This document shows positions 39,663-52,061 of a stretch of DNA of 64,000 nt, one piece after another (positions within the stretch are counted from its first letter, which is position 1; each line of letters opens with the position of its first letter). The stretch spans positions 4,092,001 through 4,156,000 of the forward strand of contig OU015569.1 of the NCBI GenBank assembly GCA_907165135.1. The letters are read 5' to 3'. The position numbers and the translations under genes are program-made. The DNA comes from Oikopleura dioica. Taxonomy: Eukaryota > Animalia > Chordata. The notes under the pieces were generated by a model. It was not told the DNA's origin. It did no database searches and saw nothing but the letters and a program-made list of their open reading frames with translations.

Positions 39663-40774
39663 TCAAACCTTTGTCTGAACTTGAGAGAAAGGATTTTCTT
39701 CCAACTGCGTTGCGATCTGAGCAACAGAACATGGGCACAAGAACAGGGTCACTTTAGTATTGATCATTTTCGAATAAAAACCGAGAACGTACCGAGGAAA
39801 CTTCGAAATATTTTTTTCTGCTGATGATAAATTTCCGTAAAGTGAATTCGCAGTGTCGTAAATAATAGAATTGCCACGATATGAAAGAACAAAATTATTG
39901 CTAAACCAGCAATATACTTTCCCTCCCAAAGCTTTTCCGAGCAGTTTTCGAAAACGCAATCATGGAGGAAAATAGAGACGCAAACGAGCTGAAAATACTT
40001 TGGTGATTGGTTTTTTTATATAGTTTTTTAACCTGAGAAATCCAGGCGACTGTACCGAAAAGAAGAAAGATCCAAGGTCTTTTAAAGTCCAGCCCCTTTG
40101 ACAAAGCAATAATGTATCCAGTTAGCGGCCAAAACGTCACAGAAAATAAAAGCCAATACCAATAGTCGGTTATGCAAATTCCTTTGCGCCTGCAACGCTA
40201 TTAATTTGTGATTTCTCAGCAAACGCGTACCTATGAGTGTTGTAGCATCCACAATTATAGATGCGGATTCTGCTCCGTTTGCTCAAAAACATTCGTCTTC
40301 GTAAATCATACAGGTCTGATTTGAACTTGTGTGGCGTAATATACTGAATCCAATCAAGCTCGTGAATCTTTGATAGATCTGCCTTGAGATTCTCAGTCGA
40401 TCTAGACACTTCAAGTGTAGCTTCTAAATGATGATGAAAATAGAGAATGAATTTTCTTCAATTACCTTCTACATTTATCGAGACCTGGCCGATACTCTGT
40501 TTAGTCTTCCTCAAAGGCGGTAACGGGTCAACCTTTGCCACATTTTTAAATCTATTAGGCCCAATTTTGATAGCTGCAAAACGAACTTGAGGATTCTCTT
40601 CTGCCATTTTCAAAAGTTTAATCGCTGCGTTTGGGTTCTTTTTTATGTTTTTCCTTTTGAAGCAAAATACACACTCAGAGCATTGCTGTCGTAGTAACCG
40701 AGAGGCTTATTTGCTTTTCAATATCTTTGATCGCTGTAATTCTTAAATTTGTTCTAGTTATCTCCAATTTTCAT
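39663..40774 (-). CDS. PLAC8/cornifelin-like Cys-rich membrane protein; 5' end uncertain
   Basis: Spliced YNCGCYNTHR|RKGICITDYWYWLLFSVTFWPLTGY..WIFLLFGTVAWISQ. Terminal VTLFLCPCSVAQIATQLEE resembles PLAC8 ATLCCPHCTLCQIKRDI. Confidence 0.45.
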
Positions 40775-41470
40775 CTCTACTTGGATAAAAATGATCGCGG
40801 CCTTTATTCCGATCAATCTTTTATCGAGAATAATTTGTACAATTACTTATTTTTTCAATATTTATTAGCATTGTTTCTTATGTGAAAATCCCTTATTTAT
40901 ATATTAATTTCCGTCCACAAACGATGACAGAAACAAACAGAACCACTCGTTGATTTGTTAAGTTCCAACAAAAGGTCTTCTAGGAATAAAAAGGAGCTCA
41001 GCATGACGCAGTTCTCAAATAGATACAGACATGAAGGACAATAAAACTAGATACATATGTATCAAAGGCCTTCCAAGCCAAAGTTAAAATAAATATTCAA
41101 TTTTTGGCCAAATTTAAAAAGAGATAGAAGATGGCTACCGATTTTAATATGCACGATTTTTCGCATCCGAAGTATTTTCCTCTTTTTTTTTCAAAGTTGA
41201 CGACTATTTTTAGGTTTAAATATGCTATTCGCCGTCCAAGAGGTAACTCGCAAATCATAACAGTAGAAAAAGTATTTGCTCTGTCACTAATGGTGACAGC
41301 TTTGATAATCAAGTGTCACTGCTTGTGTTAGTACAACAACAGTTCGATCCAGAACAGAGCCAGTCTGTTTGCTCTTCATCCGACTGATTGTCCCTTTGTT
41401 CTCCGGGCTCTCATGATTCTGGGTCATAATCTATTTTACGAAATAAAAAATAAATTCAGAGGGCTTGCAA

Positions 41471-41940
41471 ATGCCGAAAGGAAACGTCAACATCGTGCAC
41501 GATGAACTCATCTGGAAGAATCACATCAGGGTACTCCAAGAATTAATTCCTCTCAAATATTTATTCTAATGCGTTTAGAACCAAAACGAGAGTCTCGCTC
41601 TCTGGGAGAGAAATTGGGGCTTCACGAAGGATCTCTACTCGAATATGCAGGTAAACTGGTTCCACGTTGAAAGAGAATGACAGTATCTCGTCTTGTAGAA
41701 AGAAATTAACGGCGAGCAAGAAGCAAGAGATCTCAAACCACCACCTAAAACTACCTCCGGCTTTTACGGATCAAGGCAGCCGAGTAAACTTCTGCTAGGG
41801 ATCTTCGATAATTAGACCTACCCTTAGTCTTCGTTGATTCCAATTGAATAAATCCCGAAAAGCTAAAACTCGAAGGGCAACGAGTTCCAAAGAAATCAAT
41901 CCACAAGACATTAAAATGGCCAGCTGACGGCTGCTACTGA
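41471..41940 (+). CDS. C20orf85/CIMIP1-like ciliary microtubule inner protein (in-frame TGA in the last exon)
   Basis: NVNIVHDELIWKNHIR|NQNESLALWERNWGF resembles MNLVGQDEIWKYRLKAESEARQNWPQNWGF. PPPKTTSGFYGSR resembles PPVPQTTQGFIGWR. SIHKTLKWPADG resembles FARELCWPKQG. Confidence 0.7.
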
Positions 41941-42321
41941 ATTATTTTGCTCATTTTTTACTGTTTACTAAATAAAGTTTAATTTTCTACACAAAGCCAA
42001 TCTGTTTTGGAGTTGATCGACAATGTAAAGTTTTTCTAGAACCAGCAGAAAGGGATACTAACTTCAGTTTCGTGTTTTTCAGTTGCGGAGGCAGAACGCT
42101 CAGTGATGAGCATCCTCGAGAGCTGAGAAAGAGCGATCCTCTGCGGCGCTCCGCCAATCACGAGCTGTTGATTTCAGACTTTTTCACGGTCGGCGTAGAG
42201 AGCGTAAATTTGACTCTGATAGAGAGATAAACACTTTTTCCACCATTTGACTAGAATGAAATCACTTCTTTTTTTCTCAGCTGTAAAATTTTAAGATTGG
42301 CTAGCGCTTCGACGGTTTGCG

Positions 42322-43141
42322 ATGGCAGAAGAAGTTGTTGGAAAGTACTGCTGGCTTGAACCATGGCTGGAAAAATATCGTCCTCAGAACTTCTCTGGTC
42401 TGGGTGCGATTTCTGCCCATGGTCCAGTCGCCGGTGCTGGACCGCTCAGTATCGACAAGAACAAAGCCGTTTTCCGTGAGATGCTCGATCAAGACAACAA
42501 CTATCTTCTGATGGTCAGCGGGCCGCCGGGCTGTGGAAAGAAAGAAGCGCTTCTCGACTTCGTCAAAGAAATGCACGGCGAAAACTCAGAAAGCATGTAC
42601 TACCAGATCAACGCTAAACAAGGAAATAGTTCACTAAGACTTTTCTCTATCGTTAGTTTTGAAAAAGAAACAACTTTCGAACTTTAATTTGAGGAGCCAA
42701 GGAAATTGAGCGACAAGCGTTGCTTCTGGCTCGTAGCGTTCCCTTCAGCTTGTATTGTCAGATATCGGGCAAGCCGAAAATCCTCATTGTGGAGGATTTC
42801 GACATTCTCAATACCAGCGAGCAAAATGCCTTGCGATATCTCTTTGTAAGCGAAAACTGGCGGCTGCGTGTCTTCTTGACTGTGCACGAGCCTGACAACG
42901 TGATCGTCTCTATCCACAAGCTGTGCGTCGAGTTGCCCTTTGATCCATCGGCGCACCAACGACGAATTCGCGAAAAAGTACACTCATCATTCCCTAGTTC
43001 TTTCAATTTCAAGTTTTAACCTCAGTTTCACATATTCACTGCCTGTATATTCTTAAGTTCACTATTTATTTGCAGTCTCGTTTCTGCCAAGTTCAGGAGA
43101 CATCCTATGTTGCTCTTGCCAAGAAAATCATCGCAGGTTGA
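42322..43141 (+). CDS. Divergent, truncated replication factor C small-subunit-like AAA+ protein
   Basis: PWLEKYRPQ (RFC box II), GPPGCGKK (Walker A), KILIVEDFD..TSEQNALR (degenerate Walker B and box VI). The 3' end is uncertain. Confidence 0.7.
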
Positions 43142-43391
43142 GAATCAACTCGTTGAAAAAATACATGTACGTTGCTCCCCCAATTTCATTCGTCCTGTTG
43201 CAAGTTTTGTTCTGGTGCATGCAGGAGGCAGTAGCAGCGCTAGTGATTTCATGTTAAAAATTGAAGAATGGGTAAAAAACAGCGTTCCAGTGGTAATCCT
43301 GGAATACCCGGTCTCAGCGGGATGGCTGGCTTCGGAGAGGTTCCACAGGTAGATTTGTGGTGAAATCAAAGAAATATAATTGTTAATAAAG

Positions 43392-46300
43392 ATGGACTTT
43401 GATGATGCCGATCTGGAGGCAGAGCTTGGTGATATTCTTGGGGAGGATAGACCTAAACCAAAGCCGAAAGCAAAAGGCGGGAAGAAAGCGTTTTCTTCGG
43501 TCGAGGAGTGGGCCAACTTTGACAAAATGGTAGCGGGTTGCATGGACGATATCGGAGATGATGACGATGAGGATATTGATGATCCAGACCTACTAGCTGA
43601 GCTAATGGATGTTGCCGAAGACGAGGAAGAGCCCGCTCCCAAGCCGATTAAAAAGCCTCCGGCAATTGTATGTTAAATTTCTATTCTACGGTCAACTTGA
43701 TAATATTATCAGCCTCCCAGAAAGGTAGCCGCTCCTCCTCCTCCAGTGCCAGCGCAGGTTCCTGCGACGCCTGCCGTTTCATCGACGAGTCTTCTTACAC
43801 AAAGAATGGAAGAATATAAAACAGCTGCCATTAGTGCAAAAAATCGCGGTGACAAAGAATCAGCAATCAAGTTAATGGGAACATTCAAGGCGCTGAAACA
43901 GTGCGGTAACAATAATTCGAGTTTTGCTTGTCTTGAGATATTTCATAAGCACAAAACGGTGAAGGATTCGTTGATCCTGGACCTCCTTCTGGCATTCATG
44001 TTAACCAAGCCCCTCCGCCTCAGAATTCATCTTCCACTGCATCCGATACCGCAGCTCCTTCTTCTGGTGGTTCCCTTTTAGATGTTCTTCGACAACATCG
44101 TCATTTATTCTTTGTGCGTCTTCAAGCTGAAACAAACGCGTCAAAAACGAGGAGATACACCAAACAGCTGAAACAATTTGACGATGCTATCAAAGCTGTC
44201 GAAGCTGGTAAAAATGTGGATGTTTCCGGCTTGCCCGTTATGCCTGGAGCTCCGCCATTTCCTAGCGAGGAACAAGAAGTAGTCGCCCCTTCACCTTCTA
44301 CTGAAGAAGCAACGGAAAGCATTCCAGAACAGAGTCGTCCTGAAACGCAGTCAGAGCCGACTGTTGCCAAACCCCAACAGCCCCCTCCTCAACAAGAATC
44401 ACCTCAGAAGAAAGCAGCTATGCAGCAGCCGACTGAATCAGTTTCTTCGACAACCTTGGATCCTCCAAAGTCTGTCCTTGAAGGTCTTCTCCAGCGTCGA
44501 GAAATGATGCAGACAAGGAAATGTTTAATCTCATATTTATATCATTACGCAAATTAAATTTTTACTATTTTTGCGAATCAAAGAGTAAAAATTAACATCA
44601 ATAAGGGTGAAAGCAGAGACTGGCGCTAAAGCTCGACGACTAGAAAGACAGACGAAACAATACGATGCAGTAATAAAATCGTACAGAGGCGGAAAGGCCG
44701 TAGACTACTCATCGCTAGTGGTTCCTCCAGGGGCACCAGATATGCCTGGCGAAACGCAACTAACGCTGCATCAAAGGAACGATTATTACTAGTTTTCTAT
44801 CGATAATTGATATATTATGATAGATGAGGTGCTTGTGTAATCGGCACAGAATGAAACAAGCCGACGATAGTGGAGATCATGCTGCCCCATCGCCAATTAA
44901 CTCCCCGCAGAAAATGCCTTCCCCAGCGCAGCCTCAACAAGTGAACACTTCAAAATGCGCAAAACAACTGGAATTTCTTCAAAATAGACACGAAGAGTTT
45001 AAGAAAGCTGCGATTCAAGCCAGAGATAATGGGAACAGGCAAGAAGCGATGACTTTTATGAAGACCATGAAGTCGCTACAGAACATGATTGAGCATACCA
45101 AAAATGGCCTTCCATGTGATATCAGGTAATCCTTATTTATTATTATTGCGCATGTCGGGGAGTTGTTCGGTTATTTACTACTTTTCTAGTAAAGTCCCAG
45201 CTGCTCCTATTCCTTCTCGCCCAGCGATTGGAACGATTCAGGGATCACAAAAACGCAGTCCAGCTCACTCAAATCTGCTTGAAGATCTGCAAGAACAACT
45301 GAAGAAAGCAAAAACTCTATCAAAAACATTCACGGCTTTGAATATGTTGGATAAAGCGAGTATGATGGACAAATGGGCTTCTGAAACATTCCGAGATATT
45401 TCTGCAGTAGACATTCTAACAAAGCAAGGTCGACCAATACCAGATGTAATTTGGGAAACGCGGCGGGTGAAATCAATCAAGTTATTTACGCACATCGAGC
45501 CCAATCAATGCGAAATCAAAGTTGAGAATTTGCTCGAGATGCCGAAAGATCTCCACAACGAAAGTATATTTGTTCAAGGAACAGTTCTATAACGAATGCT
45601 TATTTCAAACATGAATCCTAAAGACGAATCGTAGGAATATGAGACAATAATTTGAACTGTAAATAGTGCACTTTCCATATCCAAGAGAGCCAGAATGCAT
45701 CTTCCGTTCTGGATACGTTAAATCGAGTGCGAACATCAACCTTGAATTTAAACATGTTGTTGGAATCGATCGTCAGAAGAATGCATTCAAACGAGCGATT
45801 GAACGAAAGCCTGTCGAGTTTGAAGTATTTAAAAAAGGAGGAATATTTAGTTCTGACAGGTAAGCGGCATTGTTTCGAAGCTTCGTATTAATCGTTTTAG
45901 ATCTCTTATGAAGAGCGCTATAAAGTTGACAGATTTCGAAACTGAATGTGAAATCAGAAAAGTCCTTCCCCTCGTCGCAAATAAGAAGTCAGTTGCGAAA
46001 ATTCAAGTGCGACTAAGACTGAGAGAGCCGATGGAGAAGGCTCAAGTTGTCGAAGAAGAAATGCAGTGGGCTATTCTCGACTCTGTTGCAAAAAAATCTC
46101 AAGCGAAGAAGCCGGCCACCAGAGCTCAACCAACATCACAATCGGCAGCTCAGCAACGGAACTCAAACTTGCCAAAATTAAAACCAAAAAGCGCTCTGAA
46201 ACATGATATTGCCATTGCGAAGGGAGGGATCGAAATCGCGAAACAAAAAAGAGATCAAGAAAAGTTCCAAAAGTTCTCACAACAAGTCAAATTACTTGAA

Positions 46301-46498
46301 GACGAATTGGCACGTTCTCGGGAATATGCGAGATCGCACCCGGCTGATTACAAAGTGATTTGCGCAAATTATATTCAAAAATGTATGACTGGACTGGAAA
46401 TGGCTGAAGAGCAAGGATGGACGGAACAAGCTCTCGATATCTCGAAAAAAATTGGCGCATGCAATGCCGAAATCAAAAGTCTAAGCGAGGGCTTTTAA
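43392..46498 (+). CDS. CC2D1: CC2D1A/B (Lgd/Freud-1) DM14-repeat and C2 domain protein
   Basis: Acidic DDPDLLAEL N-terminus. DM14 repeats QRMEEYKTAAISAKNRGDKESA and QNRHEEFKKAAIQARDNGNRQEA. C2 region with FKRAIERKPVEFEVFKKGGIFSSD. Confidence 0.9.
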
Positions 46499-46575
46499 TC
46501 ATAAAATACCGATTTAACATAAGTGAATCGCGGCTAACTTAGAAATCACCAAATAAATTATTTTCTTAAGCCTAT

Positions 46576-47255
46576 ATGAAGCAGTTAAGGTTGTCTACTT
46601 TGCTACCTCCTCCAATCATTCGCTATTTTAATCGAGAAGAAGCAAATGGCCAACCGATGCAAGCTCACCAACGACGCACCAAAACCCAGCTACTAATGGA
46701 AGCTCACAACAAAATCAAAAAGATGCTCAGCCCGGAAACTACTCCCAGCCTCCTCCAGTTAATAATCCTTCCCACAATACACAACACGCTTTTCCGCCAC
46801 CTAACCACCAAAAAATTCGAAAGAAGGGCCGCCGGAATGATAGAAAAAGTCACGGTGGAGGTACCACTTACAGATCGAATGAAAGAAAACCATCTGCACA
46901 ACGACAAAATGAAAGAGAAGAAAATCGACGAAAGAAAACATCGAAAAATTCGAAAAAAGATAGAGCTCCTCCTCCAGAAACTTGTTGTCTTCCAGGGACT
47001 CGCTCTAAAATAACACCAGATGAGAGCGAATCAAGGAGCAGTCAATCTTCTGAATTCAAAGAAAAGTCCAGCAAAGTCAGGGATGATACGATGGAACGAA
47101 GTCATCCAACTCCGAGTTATCCGAGTCCTGCTCCGTATATGGACCAAATAGATCTTATGCCTCCTCTTTTTACTGGTAACCCCGTTTCGGAAGAGGGCCC
47201 AACGACTCGTCTGCCTCCTTCAGAAAACGGTGTCAACGCGCCAGCAGCAATATAA
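46576..47255 (+). CDS. Uncharacterised intrinsically disordered protein (2 exons)
   Basis: MKQLR followed by a 47-nt GT-AG intron (46590-46636) opens a stop-free frame RSKWPTDASSP...NGVNAPAAI* to 47255. This frame is not in the supplied ORF track. Confidence 0.6.
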
Positions 47256-47454
47256 TACTTCACTTCGAATATATCCAAATAAGTTCAACTTTATTCATTC
47301 TAATTCTTCAATATTCAACAGAAAAACTCAATCCGCTCAAATGAAACCCCAGATTGTCTTCTTCTTGATTAAAATTTCTGTGATTTCATTGATTCAAAAG
47401 TTATTCAAAATTCTATCTACTGTTCAATGTCAGCTTTAACAAACATAAATTAAG

Positions 47455-48133
47455 ATGTCGGTTGGGACGGATAGTGGGAGAAGGAGTAACTCAGCAGACG
47501 AAGCTCCAGATCCTGCTACTTTCTATCAATGTAATGTTTGCCTCGACACAGCTAAAGATCCAGTTGTTTCATTGGTAAGCGTAACGACTTCAAGTTGTTA
47601 TCTGATTGTGTTCTTCAAGTGTGGGCATCTATTCTGCTGGCCCTGTATTCATCAGTGGATAGAAACGAGACCACAGAAGCAAGAATGTCCGGTTTGCAAA
47701 GCTGGAATCGGAAAAGACAAAATGGTGCCAATTTATGGACATGGTCAAGGTAAAGTTAGCACGACTCTCGCAGGTAATTAAAAATCCTATTAGAACAAAC
47801 AGATCCGCGAACGAAAAACATTCCTCCCCGACCTCAAGGATCGCGTCCAGAACCGGATCGTCGCGGGGCATCTTTTGGAAACCCGCTCGGAGGAACGCAG
47901 TTCTCATTTGGAATCGGCGCTTTTCCTTTTGGACTTTTCGGAATCGGATTTAACGCAGCTGGGGGTGGGTTCTTCGGCGCACCTCAAGCTCCTAACCAGG
48001 TAACAGCAGTTGAAACTAACAGTCATAACGTATTTTTTATCAAAAGGGCCAAACGACAGAGGACGAAGAATTCCTATCAAAGGTGTTTCTTTATATAGGC
48101 TTGATATTCATCGTGTGGATATTCCTATCGTAA
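47455..48133 (+). CDS. RNF5/RNF185-like ER/mitochondrial RING E3 ligase
   Basis: [17 protein letters not shown]|[31 protein letters not shown]; [13 protein letters not shown]; [11 protein letters not shown]; C-terminal TM segment [20 protein letters not shown]. Confidence 0.93.
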
Positions 48134-48547
48134 AATGTCTCTTGCCGCTCCAAATTACCTTCCGCAATAATTTCATGTGTATTTAATGAATTTTAAAACC
48201 AAAATTTTCAAAAAATGAAGAAACTATCCTCTTTCTCGAAAACTTTAAAAAAGTTGTTTTACTTTTACTGTACCACCCCGCATTGAGGCTCGGAACTTAC
48301 TTTATGAACCGTAAAGAGTAGACGATTTTCAGTGTATATACAGCTTCGTGACTACTAGAAAACTGAATAAAGCAATAGGGAGTCAAACTTAAACTCCACC
48401 ATCAGTAACTGTAAAACAACTTCGGGGAACTATTCCGTTGTTTTTTATCACTACACTTTCCTCATTTCGCTTCAACTGTTCGTTTGATCAATATATGTAT
48501 GATTCTTTCTGATTCAAAAAAGCCTCCAAAAGTGTTTTGAAGACAAG

Positions 48548-51137
48548 ATGTTAAATTGGACCAAACCGCGACTGGCGTCGATCGCCGGTCGATCGCGCAC
48601 TTTGAGAACGCGGACTGAGAGTGTGCCAAATTTAAAATTGAAAGAAGCGATTTCCGGATACGAATTTAACTCTAATGTCGACTCAGCAAATAAATACGAC
48701 GAGGGACCCTACAATTTTAACAAGTAAGAGTTATTTTCTGCTGAAATATTCAGTCAAAGTATTTTCCAGCGTGGAGTCATCCATGTACGCTCATCACATT
48801 AAAATTGGGGAAGAGTTGGAAAAGCGAAACGCAAAGCATCAGAATCTCCAGCGACAACACTTTATGAACACTCGTTACTCGCAGGGACGGGCTCTAACTG
48901 GAGCTCAATTGAAAGATCGTTTCTATACGATCCCAGAATCGGACTTGGAAAAGCTATCGCCCACTCACGCAAGGCAGCCTTTCAAGGGCGACTTGCGACA
49001 CACAAGGTAAATTGAAAATTCTTGGGATCAGGTTTTATTGCCTCGGGTACGGTAATTTGATGGGATAAAGAAAGAAGTCTTAAACTTGGAAGACGTTGTA
49101 AAATCGATTCGCTTTTCTTAATTCCTTGTCAATAAAGTCTTCCAGCGGGTCGTTGAAAAAGTCAACGGGCGATCTCATTTCGTCTTTGAGATGCTAAACA
49201 AGAAAGTGTTTCGTTAGCTTTATAAGTAAAAGTATCTTCACCTTGTATTCGTCTTGCTCTAGGTTCGGGTCGGCTTCTTCGTACTTTTGGATATCTGCAA
49301 GCTTTGTAGCGAAAATAACGTTAAAAAATAAAAGAAAAAAGCGCATTTTAGTATTGACTGAAGGTTTGACTGTGCTTGGACAGTAATAGTCTTTATATTG
49401 CAAGGAAAGAGCTCGCGGATCATCCCAGTGAACCCTGAACTCTTTACCGGGACTCGGTCGTTAATAAATAATCATTCAACGACACCAAACGATGCGTATC
49501 ATAATGATACTCATCAACATCGTGAGAACGTAGATGCTGTCGTTTGCCTGTGAGACTGTTTTTCATGGCCCTAAGTGATTTCTCTCATGAATGATTCAAA
49601 TATAACATTTTCCATCTTCAGGCGTGAGACGTTTCACAACAAAAACGCGACGAAAATGTTCAATGCAACTGGCGAAAGCAAGATCTTACGACGGCGCGAA
49701 GCTGAAAAGATCATCAAGTGGCTTGACAACGAAACCTTCCAGGAGCCCTCGAAACGGGTGATTCTCTATGGCGAAAAAGGTGTCGGCAAGACGATGAGCT
49801 TGCATCAAATCGCCCACCATGGGATGACGAAAGATATGCTAGTTTTGTACGTTGGAAATTTATGGAGGGTCGCGACGAAAAATTATGCGACGGAGCCACT
49901 AAATGTTAGGAAAGATATCACAACGCAGGGTTACGTTAGCGTGGAGAAGCGCGATCTGTGGGAGTCTCGTTACGACCCCTTGATGCAACAGGGGAGCCAC
50001 CGCCCTGAGCTCAAGAGCGTTATCACCTACGACCAGGTCGGTGAATGTTCTCGAATAAACCATCATCGTTACCGATTTCTACCTCTAGCCTGAGCCCGCC
50101 GGAATCTGGCTAGAACATCTCAAAGCGATCAACTCGCACATCCTCGAAAAATACAAAACAACCAGAGATTTCCAGCTCTCAGTCAAAGAAACGCTCCCCG
50201 CCGGAAGGTTCGACCGCGCTCATTATCTCCTCTGTTCAAAGATTACTTTCTAGCACCTTGTTGCAAGCCGTTAATGAAGCTTTATCTCGCTCGATTAAGC
50301 GCTGCGATGGAATCAAATTCATCATCGAAGAAATTAAATCTCTGGCGCCAGAAATGGCCAAGGTCGGTTGTTTCTTTAGATAATGATTCACATTATCCAT
50401 CAGGCCGGAAATCCAGTCCTTGTTTGTGTGGACCAGTGCAATTACCTAACGCAGGGATGTCACGTCGTTGTTTATGACGATCCAGAGAAGATCCGTTCTC
50501 ATCCGGAACAACGAGGTCTTCCTCACTGGACAATCAGGGCAAAGTTCGAAGAAGTTGTCACAGACTCAAGGCGGTTAAATTTAATGCGTCATTTTAAAAG
50601 GTAATACTTTCTGTCGAATTCACGAATAAATTATTTAGTCTCCTGGACGACGACTGGGCCGGTGGGTTTGTCGTTGGAGCAACAACTACTTATCAGACGA
50701 TAATGGGAAACCATTCGTGGAAACTTGGTCGACACAATGACAGAAGTAGAATTGAAACGGAAGATTTACATGATGTTCTCGGTGATCAAGGCTTCCAGGT
50801 TGGTTATTTTCAGATCATCGCAGAAGTTTACTTTGTTTCGTTAAGGATAGCTGGCATCCTTTTATCCCTGTCAGGTTAGAAGATCTTGATCGAGATGAGC
50901 TAGATGCTTATTCGCAGTATTTATATTCTAAGGAAAGGGCTATACTCCGCTTTGTATATTTACGAACTTTTTATTTGTAAGCATAATCACCTGTCGAATA
51001 AGATGAATGTTTCCGAATAACCCTCTAAGAATATAATCTATGGAAGAACGGAGAACGAAATGTCTCAACAGTTAATAGAAAAGATGTCTGGTGGCAATCC
51101 TGATAAATTCTTTAAATATTGCTATGAAATGGCATAA
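48548..51137 (+). CDS. DAP3: Mitochondrial small ribosomal subunit protein mS29 (DAP3)
   Basis: Presequence-like N-terminus; RFYTIPESDLEKL; VILYGEKGVGKTMSLHQIAH (human LLYGEKGTGKTLSLCHVIH); PVLVCVDQCN; DSWHPFIPV; SGGNP near the C-terminus. Confidence 0.88.
49080..49346 (-). CDS. 72-aa secreted peptide precursor nested antisense in the 614-nt DAP3 intron
   Basis: Exon 1 49346-49242 MRFFLLFFNVIFATKLADIQKYEEADPNLEQDEYK. 48-nt GT-AG intron 49241-49194. Exon 2 HLKDEMRSPVDFFNDPLEDFIDKELRKANRFYNVFQV*. TATAAA at 49397-49392 and AATAAA at 49039-49034 on the minus strand. Confidence 0.7.
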
Positions 51138-51217
51138 AAACTTTTCTGGGAAATTGAACAAATGATTGAATTTGACTTTTTTTAGACTGCAACAAGATTA
51201 TCGGTCTTACGTTAAAG

Positions 51218-51825
51218 ATGGCAGCCGGAAAAATTCCAGCAGTTCCGTTTTTTCTTCGCGGAGTTGTATGCAAGGTTAGAAAACGCTCATTTTTGTTTCT
51301 CTCTCTCTCTCTGCGTTTGGTTACTAAAATTGAAATTGTAGGGTTTCGGTCGAGGATCAAAAGAACTGGGATGTCCGACGGCGAATTTCTCCGATGATGT
51401 CGTCGCCACTCTGCCTGAAGGCCTTGACAATGGAATCTACTATGGTTTCGCTAGAGGTGAGTTGATGAGAAAAAACGTATGCTCATGAAGGCTATTTTAG
51501 TTAATAATGATCAAGTCCACAAAATGGTTGCATCTATCGGATGGAATCCATTTTACAAAAACACAAAACGAAGCTTCGAGACACACATAATTCACGAGTT
51601 TCCTGAAGATTTTTACGGAGCCGATTTGAGTGTTTTGGTTTGTGGATATTTGCGGCCAGAGAAAAACTACGATTCGCTGGAAGCTTTAAAAGGTTTGCAT
51701 TCAGTTAGATTTAATTTTAGCTGATTTTTTGCATTTCAGATGATATTCAACAGGACATTCGGAATGCCGTGGAAAAATGTTCAAGTCCGGACTACGAAGA
51801 GTTAGTTAAATCCTCGTTCAAGTGA
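51218..51825 (+). CDS. RFK: Riboflavin kinase
   Basis: FFLRGVVCK|[23 protein letters not shown]|..[49 protein letters not shown]. Confidence 0.96.
51299..51312. repeat. (CT)n microsatellite in RFK intron 1
   Basis: Run TTCTCTCTCTCTCTCTG. Confidence 0.7.
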
Positions 51826-52061
51826 TTCTACCAGCAACTCCATCAACTCAATAATTTCCAATGCGGCTAACTGAATTAGATTAGTCGAGTCTGCGTTTCA
51901 ATCAAAACGTTTTTGATTCTCAAAATACTCCGATTTTAGTCTGTGATCTTTTTCAATCCTGCTTTTCTTTTGACATATTATATATTTATGTGAACTTATT
52001 AGTTTACGGAAATGATCTGTTTTTAATTAAAAGAATCTTTAATAAAGAAAAATATGTAAAG

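Noticed and set aside
41970-42250. Possible tiny minus-strand gene (MSQIYALYADREK|RIALSQL...)
   Set aside because: The last junction needs an implausibly short intron or a frame change, and there is no family support.
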